From Octopus sinensis (Eukaryota): a stretch of 64,000 nucleotides of DNA. The stretch is taken from the NCBI RefSeq assembly GCF_006345805.1, contig NC_042999.1, positions 98,704,001-98,768,000 on the forward strand. Reading direction: 5' to 3'. The position numbers and the translations under genes are program-made. The number at the start of each line of letters is the position of its first letter. Within the stretch, counting starts at the first letter, position 1. The notes beneath the pieces are model-generated. The model did no database searches and was not told the DNA's origin. It saw only the letters and a program-made list of their open reading frames with translations. Below are positions 27,121-40,631 of this stretch, one piece after another.

Positions 27121-28090
27121 TTGCAGGTAAAATTCGGTATAATAATATTAGACCGAATTTTGCAATATATAATATATAATATATGTATATACCTAATTTA
27201 GAGACGAACCACTATTCCACAACTTAATCAATGAATAACCCATCCAAAACTTTTCTGTGAGACATATACTATACACAATACTAATCTAAAATTTTAATAG
27301 TATATAATATTGAACTGTAAGATTATTACAATCATATAATATATAAGAGCAAGCACTTTTGAAATCACAGCAAATAACATACAAAGAAACATTCATCATA
27401 AAAATATTAATCTAAAATCAAATAAAATATAAATTGAACAATAAAATTAATACAATAATATAATGTATAAAATTAAGTACTTGTACAACAACTACGTGCA
27501 TTTCATAGCTGCATTAGGACTGTATAAAATCATATAAGTAAACTATATCCAAGTTCATTAGAAGGGAAAAATAATTTTTCTCCCAAAACAGTCACTCCTC
27601 AGGTCAAAATCCTAAAAAACCTAAAAACTAAAAGTTTAACTTACCTCATACAATAAGGAATAAAAAAATAAGGAAAAGAAAAATATATATATAAAGAAAT
27701 AAAACCTGTAATGTAATCCCTAAGTTAAAGACATTAATATTATTAAAAGTTATGAACTAAAATATTCAAATAGAGTATTATTGTGAACATGATTAATTCA
27801 TTATGGAGAAGGTAAATAAATGTAAATACGTGTTAGTGTATAAAGTTAAATAAAAACGTATGTCGATATTGTTTAGAATACATATAAAAAAACATGACTT
27901 ATCTGCAGGGAAATTACTGTAGATTAAATCGAAATAAGTGTACTTTAGCATTTATACTGAAAAGTCACGTGATAAATATGGCATCCATTACTCAGAGATA
28001 AATACATATTATATTTACTATAATAATAACGAAATTTCGATAATTTGTCGGCAAAAGCGAGCAATAGAATGGGATCGATTTCTTTCACTA
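27121..28090. promoter_or_regulatory. Orphan CpG-retaining AT-rich island
   Basis: About 14 CpG in ~1 kb counted by eye, versus ~1 per kb at 10-11 kb; palindromic E-box GTCACGTGA at 27964-27972; hairpin at 27121-27165. Confidence 0.35.
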
Positions 28091-28436
28091 ATACCCATTA
28101 AGGAGGTGGTCTGCATGGCTGCAGTCAAATGACTGACATAAGTAAAAAAGTAAAATAGTATATACATATACAGACACACACACACACACACGCATATATA
28201 TAGTGGGAGAGAGAGAGAGAGAGAGAGATTACATATATGCATATTTATGGCAGAATCCTTAGCACATCAGATAAAATGCCTAACAGCATTTCTTTTGGTT
28301 CTATAAGCCCTGCGTTCAAAGACTATTGAAGTTATCTTTGCCTCTTTCATTCCTTTGGGGTTGACAAAATAAAATACTGGTCTTGGGCCCTCTGCAATCG
28401 ACTGGCATATCGTTTAGGGGAATGTTGTGATTTTGA

Positions 28437-29237
28437 GGGGCTAATGCAGTTTCACATCTCTCCTTGAAAAATGCGTTTTTTGAAAAGGTTTTTTTTTCAG
28501 ATTACTATGTTTTAGATGTTGGAGATTACGAATAAGCAAAAAAAAAAAAAATCCCCCCCAACCACCACTACTCCCCACTCTCATTTAAAATTTTGAACTT
28601 TTTCAAAATTTTTCCCCTATGTTTTAGATGACGGGGATTCCTGATATGCAAGAAACTATATTTTGAAACTTTTAAATTCAATAAGCATATAGATAGGTGT
28701 ATAAAGTGATAGATATATATATGAATGTCTTCCAGGGGCTAAAAACAATAGTAACACCATCTTCTATAGGACCGCCACATTTAGTTGACAAATATTTTTT
28801 ATGAATAAATGGATAGGGATAAATAGATAGACAGACAGATAAATAAATGGATGAAACAGTTCGAATTTTAAAATTGGGGGAGGGGTGAAATTTGAGGCCC
28901 TTATTAAACTTTATAACATTAATTATTAAATATTGTTTGTTTCGAATTAAATGGTGTATATTTAATTTACATTATATTATTATTTATTATTATTTAAGGC
29001 AAACAAGTAAAACGCAAATTCTTTTCGCCATTATGTTTTTGTATTTAATTTCGATATGCATATGTTCATCAAGTCACTAAAGTAAACAAAATCAAAAATT
29101 TAAATGGTGGGGGTGAAACTAAAAAAATTCTTTTTTGCATATTCATAATCTCCGATATCTAAAACGTAGGAACCTGAAAAAAAATCTTTTAAAAAAATTG
29201 CATTTTACAAGGAGAGGTGTGAAACTACATTAGCTCC
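28437..29237. mobile_element. MITE/foldback element with long (~110-160 bp) TIRs
   Basis: GGGGCTAATGCAGTTTCACATCTCTCCTTG... matches the reverse complement of ...CAAGGAGAGGTGTGAAACTACATTAGCTCC; a subterminal motif is repeated internally at ~28617. Confidence 0.8.
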
Positions 29238-29467
29238 GAGTTTGATCACTTATAGGCCATGGAAACGAAGTAACTGGCCTTATGATACCTAGAGCTCAAG
29301 AATTATATGGTGTGGATGTGTAGTAAATTGGATTGGTGATGGTTTGTTAAAGAATGATTTACCTGGATTTTTACATCTCTCACAGGTCAATTTTGTTAAC
29401 CTGGTTTATTTTTCTTCATAGGAACTTATAAAGTATTTCACCTGGATCTTTAATTCTGCCTGTCATT

Positions 29468-29508
<41 letters not shown>

Positions 29509-30602
29509 TGGATGGATGGATATACATACATATACAAGTACGTTATATAAATATACACACACACCCATACACATGCACACAAACACACATACACACACAC
29601 ACACCATAGGTTGTATATTGTATTAGTGTTAGTGTTAGGTTATAAGCAGAAGGTTCATGAATCATAAATACAGAACTATAAGTTTCATATCTTTGAGTCT
29701 TCATATGATTGAAGAATGAAATTTTCTGTATGAATATGCCAAACTCTTTTAATTCATATAATTGCAAAAACCTTAATGTCTTCTTACTGATATACATATT
29801 TCTAAAGAATTAATTCATTGATCAATGGTCTCCCTTGCCAATAGTAGTGAGATAAAAAGCTATGGAAAGCTCACTAAAAATCGTTTTAAAAGAAGATTAT
29901 TGCAACTTGTGTATACATTCAGATGCTCAAAATGATACTTAACCACTTCACTATTCAAATATGGCTGGAGTTTAAAGTATAATAATATTTACTTTTAAAA
30001 AACAAATTGGTGCATTATAAAACATATGTTATTCTACATTAATAGTCTCAGAAGCTATGATCTCTTTTCTCAACAGTGTATAGCATTCTATTACATCTCT
30101 TTGTAATTTTGAACAAAAGATCAGAATTGATTAATTTTTGAAAACTCTTTGATAGCGATTTATTGAAAATATTATATTTCCTAGTTAATGGATTTCCAAT
30201 GTCCCAACAGATAAAATGTTAAAAAAATTCCAGATAATCAAGACTATGAATTTATCAACAAAAGTTACTTTCCTATGCTCACATTTTAATGCACTTTCTA
30301 ATATTTTTTAAAGATAAATCTAACCAATTATTGATGTACTGTTGTCTGTTCATATTTCAAGGTGTTTGCAAATATTCTTGGTTAGTTGCAAGCATGGATG
30401 GGTGCTTATAAAGTTTGTTTTTCAACCACATAGTTTCAGATTTGTTGCCCAACTCTGTCTGGCCCTCACTCTGTCTGACTCCCTACTCTGTCTGGCTCCC
30501 ACTTTGTTACATCTTGGAGAAGTGTCTTCTATGAAAAATTTAGGATGACTTCTGCCTTCTGAATAGAATTGGTAGACAGGAACTGAGAAGATAATTTTTA
30601 GG

Positions 30603-30760
30603 TGCAGGAGTGGCTGTGTGGTATGTAGCTTGCTTACCAACCACATGGTCCTGGGTTCATTGCCACTGCATGGCACCTTGGGCGAGTGTTTTCTACTATA
30701 GCCTCGGGCCGACCAAAGCCTTGTGAGTGGATTTGGTAGATGAAAACTGAAAGAAGCCTG

Positions 30761-30832
<72 letters not shown>

Positions 30833-31050
30833 ATATGTTTGTGTGTCTGTGTTTGTCCCCCCAGCATTGCTTGACAACTGTTGGTGGTGTGTTTAGTTCC
30901 CCGTAACTTAGTGGTTCAGCAAAAGAGACCGATAGAATAAGTACTGGGTTTCCAAAGAATAAGTCCTGGGGTCGATTTTCTCAACTAAAGGCAGTGCTCC
31001 AGCATGGCCACAGTCAAATAACTGAAGCAAGTAAAAGAGTAAAAGAGTAA
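30603..31050 (+). mobile_element. SINE family B, full length
   Basis: Aligns with 5137-5561. Confidence 0.9.
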
Positions 31051-32582
31051 AGGATTGTTCATAAGAAGAGTATTTGGTCATAGAAAATCTGCTTTATCAA
31101 ATTTCATACCCTATGCCTTCATGGAAAAAAGACATAAAAACCAATGATGATGATGATGATTCTGACGATGATAACAACGAGGATGTACAGAAAGAAATAG
31201 GTAAACGTTTTCACAATACTAATGTTCATAATACACATCAGTCAAAGGAAGAAAGTTTTTGATCAGGTACTATTTCTGCAACTGGGCAAAACCTCGTCAC
31301 TCTAATATGTGATGTCTTGCAAACAACATCAGATTAAATTAAAGTTTCTGTAGCAATAATATTAATCACAAAGAAAAACAAACAAACAAAAGTTAAAATA
31401 TGATGACAATGATATAAAGAAGGTGTAATATGCTTTAGGTTACAGTTGCTGCTTCTGTTATTGTTTAGCCTCAGTTAAACTCCAATAAAGCAGGCCTATG
31501 ATCAATAGTGTTTTAGTTGTGTCAATTCTCTCTGATTTTAGGAGGTATCAAGGATTTTATTGTCTAACATGTCATTTTTTTTTGTTTTGTTTTTTTTTGT
31601 CTTAGATGATAAGGTGAGATTTGAGGAAGATTTGACTGCTATTTCTTGCATGTAGAAGTTCTCTCTTGGTATGAATGATGAAGATAATGATGGCAATGAT
31701 GATGATGATGATGATGATGAAGAGAGAACACTAGTGCCACAATGACAACACTGTAACAATATAAGAACAACACACAAAGACAACACAATAACACAATAAC
31801 ATCAATGATGATAAAGCACAATAACAGCACAACAACAGAACTACAACAACAACAACATTCATGGTGGTGTTGATGATGATAATAACGATGGTAATGGACG
31901 ACGACGACGACGACGATGATGACGATGATGATGAGGAGGAGGAGTAGGAAATCCAAATCTCCCTCAAATCTCATAATAGTATCTAACAAAACGGACGCCA
32001 TCTGTAGTGTTATATATTCTATGTTTGAAATGTAAAAAAAAAAAAATGGAATTGTCAGCCCTAAAAAGACTATTATGAAAGGAATGCATGATTAAATATG
32101 ACCTTCAGTTAAATAGCAACAACAATAACAAGAGAAACAGCACCAACTTCAAATTTTCAAACATGTTCTTTGAATTTAAAGAATTGGATCGTGCAGGCTA
32201 GGAACAAAGTTAAGGAGTAGAAGAATATCTAAAAGGGCTACAATGGCTTTGAACCCAGCTGCTTGAATTAATTTTCAGTTAGAAACTGAATAAAATTGAG
32301 CTACTCATTAAAATATAAGGACATTTAACATTTGTTACCAAATGTCTGTTTATTTCTGCCATGGTGAAAGAATTCTATTGTTAGTTGGTAGCTGTAGAAA
32401 AGATATTCGCTCATGAAATGTCTTTACTCCTCCTTTTTGATGGATGTCCTCATCATTATCAGCATCGTCGCCGTCATTGTCGTCATCGTCATTGGCATCG
32501 TCACCGTCGTTGTCGTTATCATCATCATTGACATCAACATTGTTGTCATCACCGTAATCATTGTCATCAATATCCTCCTCAC

Positions 32583-32613
<31 letters not shown>

Positions 32614-32859
32614 ATCATCATCATCATCATCACCATCTATATTTAACTATCTTGTCTGCTACAGGCCATACACATTTCTCCTGTGTTTTAAAAAGCTGTT
32701 CAGTCGGTAGGTTTGTGGTCATAGAAACTGCATATGAAAGTACATATCTGAGTATACACACATGCATGCACGCACGCACACATACATACACACATGCATA
32801 CACATACTCATACACATACATGTAAACACACACATGTGCACACACATACACATACATGT

Positions 32860-32890
<31 letters not shown>

Positions 32891-33227
32891 TCGGTGGCAT
32901 AATTGATTAAATAAAAGTTTAAAGAATGGGAGAAAAATTCCTTCTTGGAAGTGAAGACAAAAATGAACATAGATGCTGATTAATTGAAAGCAGTTAATGA
33001 AGAAGGTAATGATTATATTTTTTAACCCTTGTTGGTCTTGAGTTTATTCCTTTTTATGTAATGAATTAAGAAAAAATGCAGAAATGGAACAAATTGCATT
33101 GATCCCATTCAGAAAGATAATTTGATGAAAAATAATGAAAATAACTAAATAAGTGTAGTGGAGGGAAGTTCATTAATTATCCAAGATCCTATTTTATTGA
33201 AATTCCCTTACCTAGTATTTACTCATT

Positions 33228-33482
33228 ACTCTTACTCATTTACTTGTTTCAGTCATTTGACTGTGGCCATGCTGGAGCACCGCCTTTAGTCAAGCAAATC
33301 AACCCCAGGACTTATTCTTTGTAAGCCTAGTACTTATTCTATTGGTCTCTTTTGCTGAACTGCTAAGTTACGGGGAAGTAAACACACCAGCCTTGGTTGT
33401 CAAGTGATGTTGTGGGGACAAAGACAGACACACAAACGTATACACACGCACACACACATACATACATACATACATACATACA

Positions 33483-33540
<58 letters not shown>

Positions 33541-33570
33541 GACACACACATATATGCATATATATGACAG
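33228..33570 (-). mobile_element. SINE family B, 3' two-thirds
   Basis: Reverse complement of the family B body and tail. Confidence 0.85.
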
Positions 33571-33571
33571 G

Positions 33572-33790
33572 CATTTTGAGATGGATCTGACTTGATGGTG
33601 GCTTTCAGTTTGTCATTGTCCACCTTTGTTTCTGGTCGACTGTGTTGCTCATTTGTGAGGCCAAAGTTACCAGAATGAAATTTTGCAAACCAATTTGATA
33701 CTGCCTGCTGTGTAATAACTTTAGAATGAAATATTCCATTAATATTCTGAGCTACCTGTGATGCTGTATTTCCAAGAAAGAACTCATATT
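33572..33790 (-). mobile_element. Mariner transposase N-terminal fragment
   Basis: Minus strand translates WFAKFHSGNFGLTNEQHSRPETKVDNDKLKATIKSDPSQN, matching the mariner motif WF.KF.SG.F.L.D..RSGRP...D.D.L. Confidence 0.8.
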
Positions 33791-33869
33791 CAAATTTCCA
33801 ACTTACCTATCTCTAAACAAAAATAGCAAAAAACGATTTATAAATACTTTATAAAGCACAAAATGAGTA

Positions 33870-35290
33870 TAGTGGGCGCTTTTTATGTGCCACCAGCACA
33901 AGAGCCAGTCAGGTAGGCCTAGCATCGATCACGTTCAGATAGTGTTTTTTACATGCCACCGACATGGGAGCCACTCACTGGGTACTGGCATCAGCCTCAA
34001 ACGGATGATGCATTTTACATCCCACCGGAACGGGAGCCAGTAACGGGGCACTGGCCATAGCTACGATTTTGGTTTTACTTGACTCAACAGGTTTTCTTAA
34101 GCATATCATATCATATCACCTGATGCACCAGGGGTACTCTTAAATGGGCCAGACATACAACACTGGCATCAGCTATGGCTGTGATCTCACTTTAGTTGCT
34201 GGGTCTTTTCAATCACAGCATATCTCCAAAGGTCTTGGTCTCCTGTCATTGCTCCTATGAAGCCCAATGTTCGAAGGTCATACTTCACTACTTCATCCCA
34301 TGTCTTCCTGGGTCTACCTCTTCCACAAGTTCCTTCCACAGTTAGGGAGTGGCACTTCCTCACACAGCTGTCCTCATCCACATGTAACACATGACCATAC
34401 CAGTGCAGTTGTCTCTCTTGCACACCACATTTTATGCTTCTTATGTCCAACTTTTCTCTCGGGGTGATTACACTCTGTTGTGTATGCACACTAACATTAC
34501 ACATCCAGTGAATCATACTAGCTTCATTTTCTTTCAAGCCTACACAAGTCCTTAGCAGTCATGGTCCATGTTTCACTGCCATGTAGCATGGCAGTTCACA
34601 CACATGTATCATACAGTCTACCTCTCACCCTGAGCGAGAAGCCCTTAGTTGCCAGCAGAGGTAGGAGCTCCCTGAACTTTGCCCAAGCTATTCTTATTCT
34701 AGCTGCTACACTCTCAGAGCAACCACCCCCACTACAGACTTGGTTATCTAGGTAGTGGAAGCTATTAACTACTTCTAGTTTTTCCCACCGGCATGTGATG
34801 GAATCTGTTTTCTGTACATCTTCAGTGTTCATTGTCCCTGTGCATCTGCCACACACAAAAACTATCTTCCCAGTTAATCTTTCTTTGATATTGCTGCACC
34901 TTTTATGTGTCCATAGTTTACACCAAGTACATCGTATGGAGTTTCTACCCACACCTTTTCTACAGATTGAGCAGGGTCATCTACCTGAAGGGGTTTGTGA
35001 TTCGTTAGTCTTCCTACTTACTAAGACTTTGGTTTTTGCAAGACCTTGCTTCCACACCCTAAAATTTGTCTCTACTTCTGGCAGTGAGTTGGCTATTAGA
35101 GCAAGGTCATCAGCATAGAGGAGTTTCCAGGAGCATCCTGTCTTGAATTGTTCTGTTATTGCCTGGGGGACTATAATGAAATAAGAGAGGGCTGAGGACT
35201 GATCCTTGATGTACCCCTACTTCTGCCCGGAATTTTTCACTATACTCATTGCCAACCTCACCTTACTGACAGCAACCCTGTACAGGGCTT
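33870..35290 (-). mobile_element. 5'-truncated RTE-clade LINE (RT C-terminal half, PHD-like finger, 3' UTR)
   Basis: GVHQGSVLSPLLF and LYADDL (YADD at 35106-35117); ORFs 34596-34952 and 34187-34537 (RQLHWYGHV...GRGRPRKTW); tandem motifs in the 3' UTR. Confidence 0.9.
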
Positions 35291-35359
35291 GTACAGCTGA
35301 AGGAAATTCTGGTATACAGTACCCAGGTACACTACAACTAAAAAAAAAAAGCCATTAGG

Positions 35360-35690
35360 TGTACTGTTGGTGGATTTCAGGAAACATGGAAGTTTTGAAG
35401 AATGTAGTGTCTCAACAGCTAACAACTGATGCGGGTAGTTTATTCCATGCTTCAGCAATTCTAAGGGTGGAAAAATATTCCGAAAGTCATGGGTGTTGTG
35501 TTGTTTTTTGATTTTATAAGTGTGTCTGTAAGTGTTTGTTATATGGAATTCAAAAAGTTGCTGAAGGTTGTTGTTGGAAAGATGGTGGATAATCTTGTTT
35601 ATTATAAACTCTATTTTACATTTCCTGCTTACAAGAGATTATGTCTGGTCTTTAGCATACTGCTGTATGTTTTCTCAAACTACGATCACA
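35360..35690 (-). mobile_element. CR1/L2-type LINE 3' fragment
   Basis: Minus translation HDFRKYFSTLRIAEAWNKLPASVVS matches the CR1 C-terminal motif FF..RV...WN.LP..VV. Confidence 0.7.
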
Positions 35691-36424
35691 GGAAAAGTTT
35701 TTGATAAGAATTATCAACAAAAACAAACCTGATAAATATGCACAGGTGTTGCAAATTAAGTTTAATTACCAATAAACATCAGCTTGGATGACACTTTACA
35801 CAAGTGAGTAAAATATGTAAAATCTGGCCTGGACTATGATTACTAGCAGGTATGTCAGACATCAAAAAGTAGTTAACAATTTAATGGTTTTTGTAAATTT
35901 ATACAGAAAGGTAAGCATTATACCATCCAGCATAAATAAAAGTCAACTTCATTACATTTAAGCCCATTAAATGAGTCAACTTTTGGTACGAATGTTTATG
36001 CTTTGTTCGTCTTTTTTCAACAAAAATTTTCTGAAAAATTCTGGAAATGATCTACTCATGTAATTCATGCACCCACTAAAGTTCTTTTTTACTTTTTTGA
36101 AAAAAAAATGTAAATTACATGGGTTTTTATGGTATATATATCTATATTGTCCTGTGTATGACTGTAAACCACATCCATCAATGGAACCCTTTGTGGGAGT
36201 TCCAGAGTTTTAAGAGTGTAGAACCACCCCTTAGTCACTATTATTACCAGTTCTACTCATACTTAGAGTTGTAGTATTTGTCAGAATCCCAACTATGGGT
36301 TAAACAACATGTAACTATCTGAGCCAGGCCACATTGACGTCACAGGGTGCATTATGGTAGATGGGAACTATTTTAGCAGATAAATCTTAATGCATCAATG
36401 GTGGATATTACAAGATACTATTAA

Positions 36425-36640
36425 TCTTTTCTACTCTAGGCACAAGGCCTAAAATTTTTTGGGGAGGGAGCCAGTTGATTAGATCGATCCCAGTATGCAA
36501 CTGGTACTTAATTTATCAACCACGAAAGGATGAAAGGCAAAGTTGACGTCAGCAAAATTTGAACTCTGAACATAAAGACAGATGAAATATCGCTAAGCAT
36601 TTCGCCCGGCGTGGTAATGTTTCTGCCAGCTCACTGACTT
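36425..36640 (-). mobile_element. SINE family A
   Basis: Near-identical to 1791-2005. Confidence 0.85.
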
Positions 36641-37989
36641 ACAACATACTATTAATGGTCAGGGTCAACAAGTCTAGTTAGCAAACTACTGCTATCATTT
36701 GTAGTTATGGCATGCACAGATGAAATATTTCAGCTAGTGAAAGACCAATGTGACTAATACTCAAGGGAGACATTCATGCCATATTGTTTGGTCAAAAAAT
36801 CTAGTATGCAAGAGTTGCATTGGGTCTGACTTGAAAACAAATAAGTGATTCCAACTGCATTGAAGTGAATAAGAACCATCTAGATGGAAACACCCAACTT
36901 TCATTTGTTATACATACCTCTTCTCTCTAAGGATTATAAGCACAAAATTGTTTTAGAGTAAGGCTATAAGCATATTCTTATATGAATTTAATAAGTATTT
37001 TAGATCTGGTTAGCTCAGTTTAGATAGCCAGGTCTAAAGTTTCTATTTCTAAGTCTAGCTCTGGCTAGATATATGATAAATTGTATGCATTCTTTAAGTT
37101 TTGTCATCCTTATGTCTTAGCAAAAGTCAAAAAATGACAGACAAGATTCTTTGCCCTATTCAGTTCTATCCCTTATGTTGAAAGTTCAAATTTCACCAGC
37201 ATTGATGTTACCTGACAACTTTCTGGGTTCAATAGAATAAGTACTATTTAGAATCTGCAGTTAGCTTAATAAACAGTGTGTCATTCCCCAAATATTTCTG
37301 AACCTGTAATATATATCATATTTTATAATCAATATTATAACATCTTACATAATTTGCACATTGTTTCATTCTTTTTGTCTAATGTAGGAAAGTAGATATC
37401 TCAGTGTATATCTTAGAGAAATAGAAGGATTGATTGACATTTGAACCCAATCATAGCAATCTTCTGAGTAACTAAAAGTGATTATCTTTGTGTTATTATT
37501 GTAAGAAAATTGACATTATATATTATGGATATCCACTGATTATTTTCCATGGCTATTGTTAGATGTTGCAGTGTTGATGTTTGATCTTATATGAATTATT
37601 TTAGTAAACAGCTATCCATTTGATCCTCTAAACCATGCATGAAAGAAAAGAACTAAAAGTGGAAAGGATAAAGAAAAATAAATAAAGGAAAAAAAGGAAA
37701 ACTTAGCTGAAAGTTCTCTCTGATCTCCCTCTAATGCAAAAAGAGAAAAGATGGAAGAAAAAAGAAGCCGATATAGACAGAAATTAGAAAGAGAGAAAAA
37801 AATGTTAGTGTTGAGGAAAATGAAAAACATCACGATTCTAATTCAAAATCACCAAAACATTTAAGATTTTTAAAAATATATTCTCAATGAATAACAATCT
37901 GATTTTCTGAGATGTTTTTAAATGGCTGAATGTGTGTGTGTGTGTGTGGTGTGTGTGTGTGTGTGTGTGTGTGTGCATGCATGTGTTCA

Positions 37990-38106
<117 letters not shown>

Positions 38107-38694
38107 TCAGCCATTTAAAAGCGTGCCTTTAGCATATATGTATATTGTGAAGACATGTATATATATGTTTTATACATATATGACTGTACGTAGGCATATA
38201 ATTATATAAAAATCACACTGGATGCATCATTTACCTTCTTGAGACAAAGCTTAATATGGTTGTATGAAAAATAAGTGGTAAACTAAATCTGCCTTCATTT
38301 AACTGAAATTAACTGTCCACTTTGGATAGGAAATAACATTTGATAGAACACTCCATAGAAACAGCTGAATGCTTTTACCTGGCTTTTGTTGTTCAGTATG
38401 ATTAAACATTCACAGACATTTTTTTCAACTTTTTCTTGTTGTTTTTCAGTCAATATACATTTTATGCCATTGAATTTTGTAAGGAAAACTTGTTTAGAAA
38501 TGTGTGACATTATATTTTCTCAATATTCTTTGTGAAGCACATAGGATATCTATGCAATCATACTTCTGCAACGTTTAGCCATTTTCCAGTGGAGTATGTA
38601 TGTGTGTGTGTGTGTGTCTATTATGGTTGGTAGGGTAAAATCCCAGCTGTTTCCTCTTGAAGCACACACTGCATACATATATATGTATATTTAT

Positions 38695-40330
38695 CATCAT
38701 CATTTAACGTCTGTTTTCCAAGTGGGTATGGGTTGGATAGTTTGACAGAAACTGGCAAGCTAGAGAGCTGCACCAGGCTCCACTTGTCTGTTTTGACATG
38801 GTTTCTATGACAGAATGCCCTTTCTAACCACTTCACAGAGTGTAGTGGGTGTTTTTTACATGGCACCAGCATCAGTGGTGTCACCAAGTAGCTTGCAAGA
38901 CAATGGCCTCTTAGTTGAGAGAAGGAATGGAGTCAAGGGAAGTAACTGTGTGCCAGGCGAAAGTTTAGAGTATAATAGAGAAACAGAGATAATTGTCTTA
39001 CTATAGGGGAGATACTTGGCTACCCATGCAGGACAAAGAAGGAAAAAGAAGGTTGGAGAGAGTTAGAGAGACAGTCAGAGTGAGAGAAAGAAATAGATGA
39101 TATTTGAGATGCATTGAGGCCTACCCACAGAGGACAGTGGGTGGAGTGAATATAAGTAGTACAGAGGGGATTGAGGTGGGTGTTCCATAAGCGTATGAGA
39201 AGATATGTTTAGAGATGGGGAAGATATGACAGTAGCAAGTGATGGTGAGACTTATTGAAGTGGCTGGAAGGAGATAAGGTAGATATGTGAGGTCATAGAG
39301 TGTGTGCAGATAGGCTCATGAAAGAAAGTGGAGGGACCTGCAATGGCTGAGGCACATTAGGGAGAGTGAAGGATCCTGCAATGGATGTTGGGAAGATGGG
39401 GGAGATGTAATGGAGGATTGTTAATGTGTATGTGTGTGAGGGCAGGGCATGACCATAAATGGCATGCCTGCATGTGTAGATGACCATAATTTCACTTAGT
39501 TTGACATGTCTTCTTGAGCACAGGAAATTGACAAAAGCCTCAGTCCCTTGTCATCTCCTCTGTGAGGCTCAGTATTTGAAGATCATTTTTCCCCACTTCA
39601 TTTCATGTCTTCCTGGTCTACTCTTTTTATAGGTTCTCTCCACAATAAGAGATTGGTACTTCTTTAAGCAGCTGTCCTCATCCATATGCATCACATGGCC
39701 ATACAAGCACAATCTTCTTTCTTGCACACTACATTTGATGCCTCTTATGCACAAATTTTCTTTTAAATTATTTACATTCTGTCATATATGCACATTGACA
39801 TTAGCCATTCAGCAGAGCATACTGGCTTCATTTCTTCCCTCAGCAGTCACAGTCCATGCTTCACTGCCAAGCATCATGCAATTTGCCTTTCACTCTGAAG
39901 GAGAGGCCCTGTGTTACCAACAAAGGTAGTAGCTCCCTGAACTTCATCCATCCAGTTCTTATTGTAACAACTATACTCTCAGGGCATGCTCCTCCACTGC
40001 AAACTTGGTTAACTAGGTAACAGAAGCTATCTACTCCTTATAGGGATACCCTATCCCTTGGACATTTGAGGAAGTCTATTTCCTGTACATTCTCAGTGTT
40101 TATTATACCTACACATCTGCCACACACAATGACTACTTTCTCTGTTAACCTTCTTATGACACTGCTGCACCACTTATGTGTCTGTATCTTGCACTGGATA
40201 TGACATTTGGAATTTCTACCTACACTTCTACATATCAAGCAAGGTCATGTCTCTGAAGAGATTAGTGATTTGTCTGTTTTCTATTTACTTTGGTCTTTGC
40301 TAAATACCTCTAAGGACCTTTGGCTACAGA
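38695..40330 (-). mobile_element. Older RTE-clade LINE copy (3' UTR and decayed ORF)
   Basis: ORF remnants 39569-39754 and 40038-40238 parallel the 34187-34952 peptides; (CAT)n tail at ~38695. Confidence 0.8.
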
Positions 40331-40403
40331 CTTTGTTTCTATACCTGGAATTTCTTTTCTTGTTCTGGTAGTCAAATCGTCCAACCCATGCTAGTATGGA
40401 AAC

Positions 40404-40436
<33 letters not shown>

Positions 40437-40570
40437 CTACTTCCTTCCTAATTCTTACTCCTTTTTTCTACTGTCCACTTTACAGGGATTTCTTAAACTT
40501 TATAGCTAGCTAAGTATTGCTACTATTTGCTATTATCATTTCTACTTTTGATCTGCTCCTTATTTATAAT

Positions 40571-40631
<61 letters not shown>

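Noticed and set aside
27121-28090. Mitochondrial insertion (NUMT)
   Set aside because: A-rich and mtDNA-like in composition, but trial translations with the invertebrate mitochondrial code hit stops and I found no 12S/16S or cox landmarks; a control-region origin cannot be fully excluded without BLAST.
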